From the NCBI GenBank assembly GCA_028534125.1, contig CM052816.1, positions 61,754,001 through 61,818,000 of the forward strand: 64,000 bases of DNA, written 5' to 3'. Made by a program: the position numbers and the translations under genes. Of this stretch, positions 1 through 13,110 are shown one piece after another (the first letter of the stretch is position 1; each line of letters opens with the position of its first letter). The notes beneath the pieces are model-generated. The model did not search any database. It was not told the origin of the DNA and was given only the letters and a program-made list of their open reading frames with translations. This DNA comes from Lama glama (taxonomy: Eukaryota).

Positions 1-497
1 GCAGCAAGACATACTGACATCACACACCCCAAGATGCGAAGCCCTGAGAAGAGCGTGACGTCACTTCTGTGGAGGTTTTGCCAAAAACCCATACTCTCAA
101 TCAAAGCACGAGAAAACATCAGACAAATCCACACTGAGAAACGTTCGACAACGTAAGTGACCAGCCCTCTTCAAAAACGAAAAAATGAATGACTGAGAAA
201 CTGTCACGGATTAAATAACTAACTAACAAGGCATGAAAACTAAATATAATATGGGATCCCAGATCGGATCCTGGGCCAGAAAAGGGGTGTTAGTGGGAAA
301 ACTGGTGAAATTCAAATATAGACTGCAGTTTAGTCAGTCGTGTTGCACCAATGTTGTTTTCCTGGTTTTTGATGGTTGTACTACGCTTATATAAGATGTT
401 AACATTAAGGGGAGCTGGTTTAAAGAAACAGAGGAACTTTGTTTTATTTCTGCAACTTGTCTGTTAGTCTAAAGTTATTCCAAAAGAAAAAGTTAGA
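1..497 (+). mobile_element. Old L1 3' UTR fragment (L1MC/L1MD-like)
   Basis: Characteristic 'agaaaacatcagacaaatcc..gactgagaaactgtcac..ggatcctgg..tgttaacattaaggggagctgg..ctaaagttattccaaaa'. Confidence 0.75.
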
Positions 498-1629
498 GAA
501 AATTCAGTTTCTGGCTTTTCGCTGCTTAGGCGCCGAGGACATGGCTGTCCTCGAGCCCGGCTCAGAGATGCCGGAGCAGCAGGCAGGGCCATCCTGCAGG
601 CCTTTAGGCTGTGCTAAAGACTTCGGACTTTCCTCTAAGAGCCAGTGAAGGATTAGGCAGGGAATGTGGAGGAAGATGAGAAACTAGACATGTTTGTTTT
701 AGGCAAAAAGAGACAAGAAAACAGAATAAATACTGGGTTAGGCCCAGATTCAGGCAAACACCCAGTTACTCTCAATTATTCATCCTGTTCTCCAAACAGA
801 ATTGACCATGAGTTAGTTCATGACTCACAGGGGTGTTAGCACATTGTAACGTCTGGCTGGGAAGATTGCTCAGATCCCAGAGGATTATCCTTGAGGGGCC
901 TCGCAGTGTCCCATTTTCTCTGGGCGCTCCTACAGTTCAGGCGTGACTGTGGAGGGGGTTTGAAGCTTGTGGGCCTGAAAGCTAAATTGTGTGTTCATCA
1001 CATCTGACCCTCCCTGTCCGGAATGATTCCAGAACAGAGACTGCAGCTGGCTTGAGATGCCAACCTGCAGTGAGTAAGGAAATGACCCACTAGAAAGGAG
1101 AGGGCAGACTCCTCCTGGGCCTTCTCGGCCAAGTCTGCTGGGGGAGGGGTTGTGGCAAGGTGGGGTGGGGCGGGGCGTGTTCAGGGTTTCATCACGTCGG
1201 AGGTCCCAAGCGGGTTGTAGAGCAGTGGGAGATGGTGACTGGGACCTGCTAATTATAAAATTATATATTAAATGTTAGCCTAGGGAACAATGTAAAAGGG
1301 GCTCATATAGAAGACAGAGGGTTGGTTCCCTGAAGCTGGGGAGTCTGTGCCTCTGCCCAAAGAGGAGGTGAACCTTGGGAAAGGAACCTTGTGCCCTTTA
1401 ACTTCCCAGCTGTCCTATGCAGAATGGGCTAAGAATCAGGAGAAGCCATGGAGTCTAGGGTATGACCACTCCCCGCCCTCCCACCACCAACCCACCCTCA
1501 TCGCCTGGCCTGGCAGGAAACTGCCCGTCCACCTTGACGGCTAGCCCTGCTCGCAGAAACTCTCATGCAGTCCAGTATTGTGAGGCTCAAATACTACAAA
1601 TGTGATTATTGACCATTGCTGTCGACTTT

Positions 1630-1820
1630 TGAATACTTACTGCATGCTAGGCTCTTTATATAATGGCTTCTAATCTTTTCAACAATGCTTCAAAGCAGTA
1701 TCATCATCCCCATTTTACAGGGGATTTTCTCAGTGAGGAAATCGAGGCTTAGGTCGTGTGAGGTCACACAACAGTGAGGGGCTGAACCAGGATTTGAACC
1801 CAGGTCTGGCTTCCCAGAAT
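1630..1820 (-). mobile_element. MIR SINE
   Basis: 'ccccattttacag...gaggaaatcgaggctt...aggatttgaacccaggtct'. Confidence 0.75.
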
Positions 1821-3139
1821 TGCATGAGTGCGTGGTGCCAGGAGTGAGGAATCCTCCGGGAAGGGCTGTGACTGGCACTGACCAGCACTCCCCAACTTCA
1901 GAGACACACACCGATGCGCTGGACTTGGGGAAATTTCTCTGGGGATGTGGCATCAGCAGCCTGTGACTCATCGGGTGAATCTGAGGGTGGCGGCCCGATG
2001 GTGCTGCTGGCGCCAGTTTGCAGTGACTGAGGCCTGTGAAGAGTGAAGCTGGGGGGCATCAGAAGTCCTGACCCGCACACCTGGGCCCCTGGTGTTGGAA
2101 AACCATGGGGTTATTCTGTCTGTGTTGGCCTGCAGCTTCATTTCTGGCTTAAATTTTGGGTGGCTTTACCAAGCCTCCAAAATGGAAAGAACACATCGTA
2201 TTAAGAGTCGGACAGTGAAAGAGGTCCCGGGTGCTAGCTGGCGCCCTGCCACGGGCTTGACATGTGAAGAGGAGCAGAGAAGCTTTCTTGTTACCATCAG
2301 AGTCTGTCGTCTGCTCTGGGCATCCCACAGCGGAAAGGTGGCCAGGCCTCAACCCCACTCCCTGGAGCGAACCCCTTTGGGGTGGAATTACAGAGGAGTC
2401 CAGGCCCACAAAAGACCTTGTGTAACCACCTAACATGGTGACTAAGTAGATCTGCTCTGCGCTGTTTTCGTAAGCGCAAGCAGTGGGGCAAGAGTGGTTT
2501 GCATGTTGGAGACATTTTAAGAAGTAGCTTTTCCCAGAAAAGTTGAGGGAAGAGAAAAGTCGATTCTTGTGGTAAGTGCTGAGAAGAGGGAGCTGAGAAG
2601 GACTCCCATGCACTCCTTATTCGGTCAGACCCCACCTTGTCCTTGTTTAATCTCCCACTGTCCCCTCTGCAGCCACCGTTCCGTCATTTTGCTCTCTTGC
2701 TGCTCTGCTTTTGCACACTTTCTCCCTCCCTCCGAGACAGCGCCTGCCTTACTCCTGTCGCTGCCCCCATCACCTGGGTACCCCCTCCTTGTCCTTCCAC
2801 CTCGGCTTCCCTGCCCTCCTACACTTAGGTGGGAGCCATCCCTGTGCCTCCTGTGGATTCTTCTAGCAAAATACACACCACTTGATTTTGTTAGCTCCTC
2901 CAAAGCAGGAACTGAGTCATTGGTCCCAGCCCTTCATGTGCTGGGCTTCAGGGATACTCAAGAACAAGAAAGTAAGGATATCCAGCTGTAGACCAGCCGT
3001 GAATGTCCCACAGGCTCCTCCACTGAGTTCCTTGTCACTTCAACCCCCATCAACCATCTTGGACCCTTCTCTCCCTGACTTCTTTTGTTCAGGCACCCAC
3101 TAAGTCCTGTGCATTCAAATGGCAGTAAGGTTAAGCCCT

Positions 3140-3320
3140 TAGTATATGTTAGATATTGTGAGCAGTTCTATACACGTGTTGTCATTATGCCTCACAACAA
3201 CTTTATAAGGTGGATGTTACCATACTATTGCTTTACAGAGGATGAATTGAGGCAAGAAGGTTAAGTAACCAGCCTGAACGAAGACTGGGACCCAGGTAGT
3301 CTGGCTTCAAAGCCCAAAGT
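3140..3320 (-). mobile_element. MIR SINE
   Basis: 'cctcacaacaac...tttacagaggatgaattgaggc...ggttaagtaac'. Confidence 0.6.
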
Positions 3321-3389
3321 CCTAAATATGCCTCAGTTCTCACAGGCAACCATGATGTCACTTCCCTCAGCAGTACATCCCCTATAGTG

Positions 3390-3720
3390 CGGCCAGAGCA
3401 ATTGTTCTAAATGAACTCTCTTTAAAACCTTCCCTAACTCCCTATTTCCCTCCAGACAAAGTCCAGATTTCTTAGGCAACAGACAAGACCCTTCCTCTAG
3501 CTGCCTCTGCCCACCTTCCAGACTTGTCTCTTGCCACTTCTCACCTCAGTTCCTGGGCCCAGGACTTTGTGTGTGTGGAACACTGTGGCGTCCTCCTCTC
3601 TCTGCCTGGCTAATCCCCACTTGCTCTCAGGTCTCAGCTTAGATGTCCCTTCTTCCAGGAAGCACTCCTTGACCTCCTGACTCAGTGCTGCCACAGCATC
3701 CAGTGCTTACCCCTTTAGAA
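3390..3720 (+). mobile_element. L2 LINE fragment
   Basis: 'ccagagcaattgttctaaat...cctggctaatcccc...aggtctcagcttagatgtcccttcttccaggaagc'. Confidence 0.65.
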
Positions 3721-4119
3721 AGTCTGGCCCATCCCTAAGTCAAAGTTCTGACCTTGGCTGATTCTGTGAAGGCCTTGATCCCTGTCTCTTCCTACCTTAT
3801 TAACACAAATTTGATCAGATTCATGAGTGACGATGGTATTAAGGGCAGATGACATGGAAGAGCTGACCACAGAGGGAAGCATACACTCTCCTCTTGACAT
3901 ACTATCAACTTCTACTTCCCAAAGGATACAGAAGCCCTGCCAGGACTTTTGCTTGAGAGTCTCTGGCTTTAAATCAAATCCCCTGCACCTGTCCACCAGC
4001 CAGAGTGCCGTGTGAGCGGTCGGGCTACCTGTGGCTCCTTCCAGGTGTCAGCACCGTGCACTTACTGGCTTTTGGACTTGCATATAGCTTTAGTAAACTT
4101 TATTTTAGTTACCTGGAAA

Positions 4120-6088
4120 AAACCACCTGGGTTTCGGTTTCTGGCACTGTAACAGATTAGATACACTGAATGACACTTCCAACTGAAGCAACTAAAATGA
4201 AAGAACGAAAAAAAGGTGTCTCTCTTTTTTAAAGCACACATTGTTTAAAGTGTCTTGAAAGTAAACCAAGTGAATCCCCAAAGGGAGGTAACAGCAGGAA
4301 TCCAGAAGTCACTGAGGAACAAGGTGATTTTCACCCTGAGGTTTTCTGCCTGGGCCAGGGAACTTGAACTTCTACTTTGTTGGATGCCCAGTGGGGAGAC
4401 TGAATAAGACACCCTGGCACAAGCTGCGATCCCCGAGGCATGAAAACACTGCCCCACAGAAAGAGAGCAGAGACTTGCCTGCACTGAGTTGGTTCTGAGT
4501 GGAGGGACTACATAACTCCTCCCCCAGATCGTATGACCACAACTGAGCCCTCCTGAGGATTTATCAGCCCGAATCCATACACCTTGGGTCAAAAACAGCT
4601 TTGGAGAATTCAACCTTAAATAGTACCAGATTCGTGCCCCCAGGAGACTGGCTGAAGCAATTTGAGTCCTCTTGAGAGGAACTTACCTTCCATCCAAGCC
4701 TTAAATAATTTTTTTTCAGATAAAGTTACAAGGAAAATGAAAAACTCACAATAAAATCAAACCCCCAAAACACACTGGGAAAACAGGACACTATGAGAAA
4801 GGAAAGAGAGAGAGACAGCAGAAACGACTTCAGTTATGAAAAAATTCCCTAGATAAAAAATTATGAATAACTCTATACCAGTAAATTTGAAAACTTAGAT
4901 GAAATAGCAAAATACAACAGAAAAACTGACTCAAAAAGTAGAAAATCCAGATAGTTCTACAACAGTTTAAAAAAATGAATTAGTAATTTAGTCTTTCCAT
5001 ATACAAAACAAAACCAAAAAAGTTGCCAGGCTTGTATGACTCAGAAAAAGCGTTTGATAAAATTTAACATCTATTCATGATTAAAAAAAAAAAGTAAATA
5101 AAAAGTTTTGCCTAACCTGGAAAATGGTGTCTGTAAAAATTTCTGTAGAAAATATAATTATTTAAAAGGAAAAAGAAAATATAATGATTTATTAAAAAAA
5201 AATTGAAAATGTTCTATTTAAGATCCAAAACAAGGAGGCCTATTAGCTATCCGGTGTTTTACTGGAAACCCTAGACAATGCGGTGAGACAGAATTAGAAA
5301 AGAAGATAGATAACATCATTTGCATACCCAGTACCTGAAAATTTAAATTAAAAGAAAGGCTTTAAACTTGTCAAGATCTATAGTTTGAGAATGAATAAGT
5401 GAGTTTGCAGAAAGACTGGGTCTAAGAGCAACATAGGAACAGCCAGCCACATTCAGTGTATCATCCTTGCTCAGTTGAAAATAAGCATTTAAAACATAAT
5501 AATTTATGGGAACACCCAAATATATGTAAGAACCAGTCGAAGAAGAAAGTGTGAAAGTGTTTTGTGGAGAAAATTATAGAACTTTATTCAAAGAGATTGA
5601 AGAAGATCAAAATAAATGGAGCAATAGAGCAGATTTTCAACAGGAAGCTTCAATAGCTTACGTATTGCTAAATACAGAAATTCAGAGGAATTCCAGTCAC
5701 TTTTCTCTCAGAGCTTTTCCTAGAACCTGACAATTTGATACTAGAATTTTTATGAAAGGATTTTTATGCCTAGAATAGCCAATATTCTCTGGAAGAAGAA
5801 ATGCCGGGGAACTTGCCCTACCAGATAGATTGCAAGACCTAAGAAAGTTACAGGCATTGAATCAATGTGGTATTTGTGCAGGAACAGACTGTTGGAACAG
5901 AATAGAAGGCCCCAAACAAACATGTACATACAGGAACTTGAAATAAGACAAGGTAGCCCTTATAGCATGGAAGGAAATAAATTCTGTTGGGACAATTGGT
6001 TATCTGTATCCCAGCTTGAACCATACACAAAAATCAAGTTCAAGTGGAATAAAGACTTAAATATGAAAGGTAAATGTATAAAACTTTT
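4120..6088 (+). mobile_element. Old, heavily deleted L1 (L1M/L1MC-ME type), 5' part
   Basis: Degenerate ORF2 motifs: 'aaatttgaaaacttagatgaaat', 'gcgtttgataaaatttaacatctattcatgatt', 'aaaatcaagttcaagtggaataaagacttaaatatgaaa'. Confidence 0.7.
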
Positions 6089-7472
6089 TTAATTGAGTTA
6101 TAGTTTACAATGTTGTGTTCATTTCTGGTATACAGCACAATTTTTCAGTCATACGTGAATATGCATACATTTGTTTTCATATTCTTTTTCACCATGAGCT
6201 GCTACAAGATCTTGAATATATTTCCCTGTGCTATACAGTATAAACTTGTTTATCTATTCTATAAATACTTGTCAGTATCTATAAATCTTGAACCCCCAGT
6301 CTGTCTCTTCCCACTCCCCTCCCCTCTCGTAACTACAAGTTTGTATTCTATGTCTGTGGGTCTGTTTCTGTTTTATATTCAAGTTCATTTATCCTCTTCT
6401 TCTTTTTGTTTTTTAAGATTCCACATATGAGTGCTATCATATGGTATTTTTCTTTCTCTTTCTGGTTAACTTCACTTAGAATGACATTCTCCGGAAATAT
6501 CCATGTTGCTGCAAATGGCGTTATGTTGTCATTTTTTATGGCTGAATAGTATTCTGTTGTATAACTATACCATAACTTCTTTATCCAGTCATCTGTCGAT
6601 GGACATTTAGGTTGTTTCCATGTCTTGGCTATTGTGAATAGTGCTGCTATGAACATTGGGGTCTTTTTGAAGTAGGGTTCCTTCTGGATATATACCCAGA
6701 AGTGGGATTGCTGGTAAGTCTAATTTTAGTCTTTTGAGGAATCTCCATACTCTTTTCCACAATGGCTGCACCAAACTGCATTCCCACCAAACCCTCTCTA
6801 GCATTTATCATTTGTGGACTTTTGAATGATGGCCATTCTGATTGGTGTGAGGTGATAACTCATTGTAGTTTTGATTTGCATTTCTCTGATAATTAGTGAT
6901 ATCGGGCATTTTTTTCACGTGCTTTTTGGTCATTTGTATGTCTTCATTGGAGAATTGCTTAAGTCTTCTGCCCATTTTTGGATTAAGTTGTTTGTTTTTT
7001 TTGTTACTAAGTTGTATGAGCTGTTTATATATCCTGAAGATGAAGCCTTTGTCAGTTTCATCTTTTACAAAAATTTTCTCCCATTCCATAGGTTGTTGTT
7101 CTGTTTTGCTTATGGTTTCCTTTGCTGTGCAAAGCTTGTAAGTTTAATTAGGTCCCATTTGTTTATCTTTGCTTTTATTTCTGTTGCTTGGGTATACTGC
7201 CCTAGGAGAACATTGCTGAGATGTATGTGAGATAATGTTTTGCCTATGTTATCGTATAGGTTTATTGTGTCTTATGTTTAAGTCTTTAATCCATTTTGAG
7301 TTTATTTTTGTGTGTGGTGTGAGGGAGTGTTCTAGCTTCATTGATTTACATGCTGCTGTTCAGTTTTCCCAACACCATTTGCTGAAGAGACTGTCTTTAT
7401 TCCATTGTATGTTTTTGCCTCCTTTGTCAAAGATTAATTGACCAAAAGTTTGTGGGTTCATTTCTGGGTTAG
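6089..7472 (-). mobile_element. Younger 5'-truncated camelid-type L1 (ORF2 3' end + 3'UTR) nested in the old L1
   Basis: ORF2 C-terminal translations (MFIAALFTIAKTWKQPKCPSTDDWIKK; MEWEKIF..DKG); TSD GTATAAA(A/T)CTTTT at 6076-6088 and 7473-7485. Confidence 0.9.
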
Positions 7473-7485
7473 GTATAAATCTTTT

Positions 7486-8590
7486 AGAAGACAAATTAGC
7501 AGGATATCTTTATGATGTTCTAAGGGTAAAGAAGGATTTCTTTAAGCAAAATACAAAAACATAAGCCATAAAGAAAAATGGAAAACTTCAGCTCTTTTAA
7601 ATGTCTGTCAAAAGACACCACGTAGAGCATAAAAAGAGGTCATAAAGATGAAGAAGATATTTCCACATGTAAAATCAATAATCAAAAAGGATCCAGAGTA
7701 TATTAAAAATTCCTACACATCAATAAGAAAAAGACAACATGATCCAATAGATGAAATGGATGAAAATAGGTGCTTCATGAGAGAGGACGTCAACTTCATT
7801 AGTGCTCATCCTTTTCAGTAATCAAGGAAATACTTATTAAAATTACAGTTTCCTACTCACTGGATGGGCAAAAATTTTAATTCTGATAAATCCAGATGGC
7901 AAGTCTGTGGAGTAATGAGACCTCTGATCCACTGTTAGCAGAATGTAACTCGTATATGCATTTCAAAAACACTTCGGCATTACCTAGTAAAGTTAAACTG
8001 TGCGTAGCCTACACTCTCCAGCATACTTCTGAGTATGTACCCTGGAGAAGCCCTGCCTGTGTGCACTAAAAGCCGTGTAGAAGAATGTCCTAGCAGCACT
8101 GCTCATGGTAGCTCCGAATGTATAACACTCCAAATGCCCATAAAGAGTGGAATAGATAGATTGTTGTTTATTTATATAATGAAAAATTACACAGCAGAGA
8201 AAAATGATTGACTACTCTGACATGTATCAACATGAATGAATCTCAGAAAATAATGATAATAACATAAAGAAATTGAAAACACAAAGAAAAACATAACAAA
8301 ATAAGCTACTAAGACTACAACAGCATGATTCCATTTCCATGAAGAACAAAAATTGGCGAGACTAAGTATTATACTTTAAGAGACATATGCATAGTTGGTA
8401 AGTTATAAAGAAAAGCCAGGCTGTAATTAATATAAAATTCAGACGCTTTTCTCTAGCAGGGAGAGAAAGCAATTTAACTGCAGAGAGGTCTACAGAAACC
8501 TCTGAGATCCTGGTAATGTTCTGTTTCTTATCCTGGGCATTAGCTACACATTTCATGATTATTTTTCAAATTCTACAGATAAAATTTATT
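7486..8590 (+). mobile_element. Continuation of the old L1 (ORF2 end and 3'UTR)
   Basis: Resumes after the TSD with 'ttagaagacaaattagcaggatatctttatga'; later 'tatcaacatgaatgaatctcagaaa' and 'tcctggtaatgttctgtttctt'. Confidence 0.75.
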
Positions 8591-9256
8591 TATTTTTATA
8601 GACAATACATTCTGGAATTAAATGAAAACTCTGCTCCATGGTATTATGGCAAAGATAGAATGACACAAGACATATAAAGTGCTGGGCATCTAAGAAGTGC
8701 TCAATATAATAAAATATAATAAAATCATTCTTCCCTGAGGCCTGACAAGGGTAGGACCAGAGGCACAGCAGAGTGGGCTGTGGACAGCAGGACAGATTCT
8801 CATGGGCCCCAAGTAAGGATGAGAGCCTCGGACATTGGCTGGAGCTGGTCCAGCCCTTGAGGAATCTGCCAAGCGAAGCAGGCAGACACATTCCAGAGGA
8901 TGGCATGTTTACAACCTCTTGGCCCGACACCACTGCCATAAAAGCAGTCAGCCCAAATCCCTTTCTTCTTATCTGCAGATGAGCCCCAGGACATTATACC
9001 CTTCCTAGGAGAAAATACTGACTGTTTCCTAAGAGAAGACGACCTGCACTCGCCACGGCTCCTCGCCCCCCACCCGCCAGCCAAGATTTTCAGGGAATGA
9101 TGTGACCACCAGACAATGCTTACCCGCCTCACTCCTGCCTGTGGGTGGAGGGTCTCGGACATACTGGCTGCAGGCCAGGTCTCACTCGTGCTCAAGGTCT
9201 TTTAACAAACCTTCACTGAGTATGTTGATGACCGCAAGACACTTGCTGGATGCCTG

Positions 9257-9679
9257 GTTTCAAGGGTTGAATTATGTCCCCTCGAATATGTTGCAGTCCT
9301 AACCCCAGTCCCTGTGAATGTGACCTTATTTGAAAATAGGGTCTTTGCATGTGATCAAGTTAAGATGAGGTCATTAGGGAGGGCCCGAGTCCAAAGTGAC
9401 TGGCTCCTTATAAAAAGGAAATCTGGACACAGAGACCAGGCACACAGGGAGAAGGCCATGTGAAGATTAGTGTTCTGCTGGCACAAGCCAAGAAACTACC
9501 AGAAGCTAGGAGAGAGGCCTGGAACAGATCCTCCCTTAGTGTCTTCAGAGGGAGCAGGGCCCTGCCCACACCTTGATCTCAGACTTCTAGCCTCCAGAAC
9601 TGTGAGACAATAAATTTCTCTTGCTTAAGCTGCCCAATTTATGGTACAATATTTGGGCAACCCTAGGAAACTACATACA
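9257..9679 (+). mobile_element. MaLR solo LTR (MLT1B-like)
   Basis: 'ttgaattatgtcccc...gtgaccttatttgaaaatagggtctttgca...gacttctagcctccagaactgtgagacaataaatttc...ccctaggaaactacataca'. Confidence 0.9.
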
Positions 9680-9949
9680 AGTAGGCAAACATAGAAATGA
9701 AAAAGATAGGACTCCCTGCCCTCAAGGAGCCACCCTCTGAGGGCATGGAAAGAAACAGTGGTATTTCAAGCAGAATGAAACAGGTAGAATTAAAAAAAAA
9801 AAAAAAAAGCAAGGAACCTGTTCTGGCTGTGCAAGCTCTAGATAGTAATTCGAAGTGCAGAATGCAGTGCAGAACTTCACACTTCCATTTATTTATTCTT
9901 TCTTCCACAGAGGCACATATTTACTTATAGGGGACTGGCAAGTATATTG

Positions 9950-10210
9950 ATTAAAATTATAGGCTTTGGAATCAAGTAAATCCAAGTTCAAATTTCAGCT
10001 CAGTTCATTTTTACTTGTGTGATACTAGGAAAGTTTATCGATCTTCATAAAGGCTCATTTCCCTCATGTATATAAAATGAGGATAATTTTACCTACCTCA
10101 TGGAGTCATTGCCTGTATTAAATAACATACAGGAATATATATTTGATGTGTGTATCATACAGGTAGATACCTCAGTTCTGTGCTGGCACACAGGAAGTGT
10201 TCCATAAACA
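9950..10210 (+). mobile_element. MIR SINE
   Basis: 'aggctttggaatca...gttcaaatt...ctcatttccctcatgtatataaaatgaggataat'. Confidence 0.65.
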
Positions 10211-10259
10211 GAACTGACCACCTGCAGCAGTGGCAGCCGCTTTACTGTCCATCCAGTGC

Positions 10260-12520
10260 AAGTTTATTGTGTCTGCTAGGAGTCAGACAACAAGTTGGAT
10301 GTAGAAATAAGGCAATGGTTCCTGCCTTCAGGGAGCTCACGGTCAGGCTCCTTCCTGTCAAGGAGACAGATGTGGAAGGGAAACAATTACAAAACAATAG
10401 AATGAGTAGTGCTAGAGGTGGGTGTCATGGGAGAGCCACATGGGGAGTGTCTCCTTCTGAAGGAGGGATCAGGGTAGAGGCAGAGAAGAGGTGATGCTTG
10501 AGATGAGTTTTGAAGGACGTGTGAGAGTTTATTGGGAAGAAGGCCATTCCAAGGAGCAGGAAGGAGTATGTACAAAGAAGTGGCAGCAGGAAAAGACAGG
10601 CAACGTTTGCAGAAGGACAAAGAGTTTGGTGCAGCTGAAGCACAGGATCTGGAGCGAGGAGGGGATCTGGGCAAGATGGACAAGGGCCATGGTACAAAAA
10701 GCTCTTTGTGCCAGTCTGAGGAGTGTGGGCTTCATCCACAGGCAATGAGAGCTTTTGAGGGACTTTTTGTTTCTCAGTAATAGGTGGTAGGTAAGGGTGA
10801 GATTTGCTTTTAGACGTATTGTTCTAGCATGATTATAGAGGTGAGGAACAGGGGAAACCAGTTAGGAGGTGATCACATTAGTTAAGACCACAAACTATGA
10901 AGCCCAGGGCTGAGTCAGTGGTGGTGGGTGGGCTTGGGAAATAGGAGATAGTGTGAGCTGACATCTGTGATGCCTTGTGGCTGCCCAGCATTTCTTAAGC
11001 ACTCTTCCTATGCTTGGGGAATTTCCTAAGAAGCCAGAAACTCGCTTTCCCAGCCTTCCTGTCTGATGGGGAACAGGCATGTGATCTGGGCTCTGTCCAT
11101 CAGGACTTGGTTTTAGAAAAGAGGCGTGCGAAGAAGGAGATGGCACATGGAACCCATTCTGAAAAGGAGAGTGGTGGGACATTGACTTGTGAGGGACAGT
11201 GCTCCTGGCAGTCATTATCCGCCCTGGGCTTTGTTGTGATCCATGGGGTCTGTGCTGGCCGTGGCAGCCGCAGGATTTCCACTGGACAGCCTGACAGGGT
11301 GACTTGAATATTGTTCCTGTCTGCACACACTCTGAGTTGGGCCCTTGGGCCCTGCTGAAGATTGTTTGCTACCTAATAATTTAATAAATGCTTTTAAATT
11401 TTTTAGAACTAGCTAGAGTGGCTTCTGTTGTTTGTAACCAAGAATACAATCTGATACAAGTAGAAATGAAAGAATTTAGTGATAGATTGGGGGTGAGAGG
11501 GAGGGTGAAGTCAAGAATGATGCCTAGGTTTCTGTCTTGGGGGCTTAGGTGAATGGTGGGGATGGGCAGCTCAGGGAAGGGAGTAGCAAGGAATAGTGAG
11601 CTCAGTTTCCAACATGCTGAGTTTGAGTTTCCTTTGGATGTGTGGTCATAGACAGGGAGACATATGGATCTGAATAGCAGCAAGGAAGTCTAAAAACAGA
11701 TCTTGGACTAGTTAGAATTTATTCATTCATTAAATTAGTATCAGTTGAATGCTTACACTGTGCCAGGCACTGGGGAAACAACTGTGAATAAGATAAGATC
11801 CCTGTTATCATAAAGTTTATAATCTAATAGGATAAATGAGAAATAAGTAAATAATTAGATATAAAATATGATTTTGGGCATAAGTGCTCCGAAAGAAAAA
11901 TAGAGCAGAATAGAGACATAAAAATGGCAGTTGGAGGTGGGGTTGGAACAAGTCTGGGGAAAAGGAAAAGCAATCTGAGCAAAGGGAACAGCAAATGCAA
12001 GAGGAAGATATGCAAACACGTGAGAGTCTGCGTTGTTGACTGTGATGGGGAATTTGTATTTTATTCTAAGTTTGGTGAGAAGCCGTTAGAGGTTTCTGAA
12101 CAGGCAGAGAGAAATGATGTGACTTATGGTTTTAAAGATCACTGTTACCATGTGGAGTAGAGTCTTTGGGGGAGCAAGAGTAAGAGAAAGTAGCCAGATA
12201 TAAGGCTAGTGCAGTAATCTAGGTGGGAGATGATGGTAACTTAGAGAGGTAATGGGGATGACAGGGTGATGAGAAATGGTTGGATGCTGGATATCGTTAG
12301 AAAGTACAACCAATAGGACTTGCCAATGGAATTGGTGTGGATGTTAGCGAGAGAGAAATCTAGAATGACTCGCATGGTTTTGGCCTAAGGAATGAGGTGA
12401 GCAGTGGTATGACTGAATGAGGTGTGAGAGCAGGTCTGGGGAACGGTGGTGGAAATCAAGTATTTTGTTTTGGACTTAAATTGGAAATGTCTATTAGATA
12501 CCAAAATGGAAAGTTTGGGG
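10260..12520 (-). mobile_element. Cluster of L2 fragments interrupted by a MaLR LTR
   Basis: 'cctgccttcagggagctcac', 'ttttgaaggacg', 'gaagtcaagaatgatgcctaggtttct', 'attcattcatt...tgtgccaggcactgg', 'gcagtaatctaggtgggagatgatggt'. Confidence 0.7.
10968..11458 (+). mobile_element. Old MaLR LTR (MLT1J/K-like)
   Basis: Ends 'taataaatgc...ctagctagagtggcttctgttgtttgtaaccaagaatacaatctgataca'. Confidence 0.65.
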
Positions 12521-12869
12521 CAAGATTTATCAACTTGGAACTCCTCTCAGAGACTGTTTAGCCATCTCCCCCCCACCCCCACCCCAATCCCTTCCCAAAC
12601 CCCCTGCAGCCCTGGGGAAGCCCCCTGCCACGGGCGAGTTACGGAGGGAATCTTCACCTTTCCTCTGGCACAAGTCTCTCCCCGGGGGTCTGTGCTGAGC
12701 CTACCACAAGAGGACTGCAGAAAACCAAGGCAAGACATTTTAAAGAAAAATATATTGCACTGCCTTATGAATTTAAAAAGTGTAGTTGAGTGAGTACATA
12801 ACACATGTGTGCTACATGTTGTAGGGTTTAAACCTCTGCAAGGGAGCCGCTGTTCTGTTTTGTGTCTTC

Positions 12870-13110
12870 CTGGGAAGCAGCTTGGAGAAGTGGTTAAGAT
12901 CACTGGCCTCGGAACCTCACTTCTTGGGTCCAACTTAGAAATGCATGATCTTGGTCTAGTTGGTAAATCTTTCATTCTCCTCATCTGTAAAGTAAGGGTT
13001 GTACTAGAACTACCATTTGGGGACTGTTGTGGAGTTTAAATGACTGAATGTGTAAAGCCCTTGGAATGGGACCCGACCTGAATGCACTCAGTAGCCACTG
13101 GCTCTTAGTA
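12870..13110 (+). mobile_element. MIR SINE
   Basis: 'agtggttaaga...ttctcctcatctgtaaagtaaggg...gttgtggagtttaaatga'. Confidence 0.65.
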
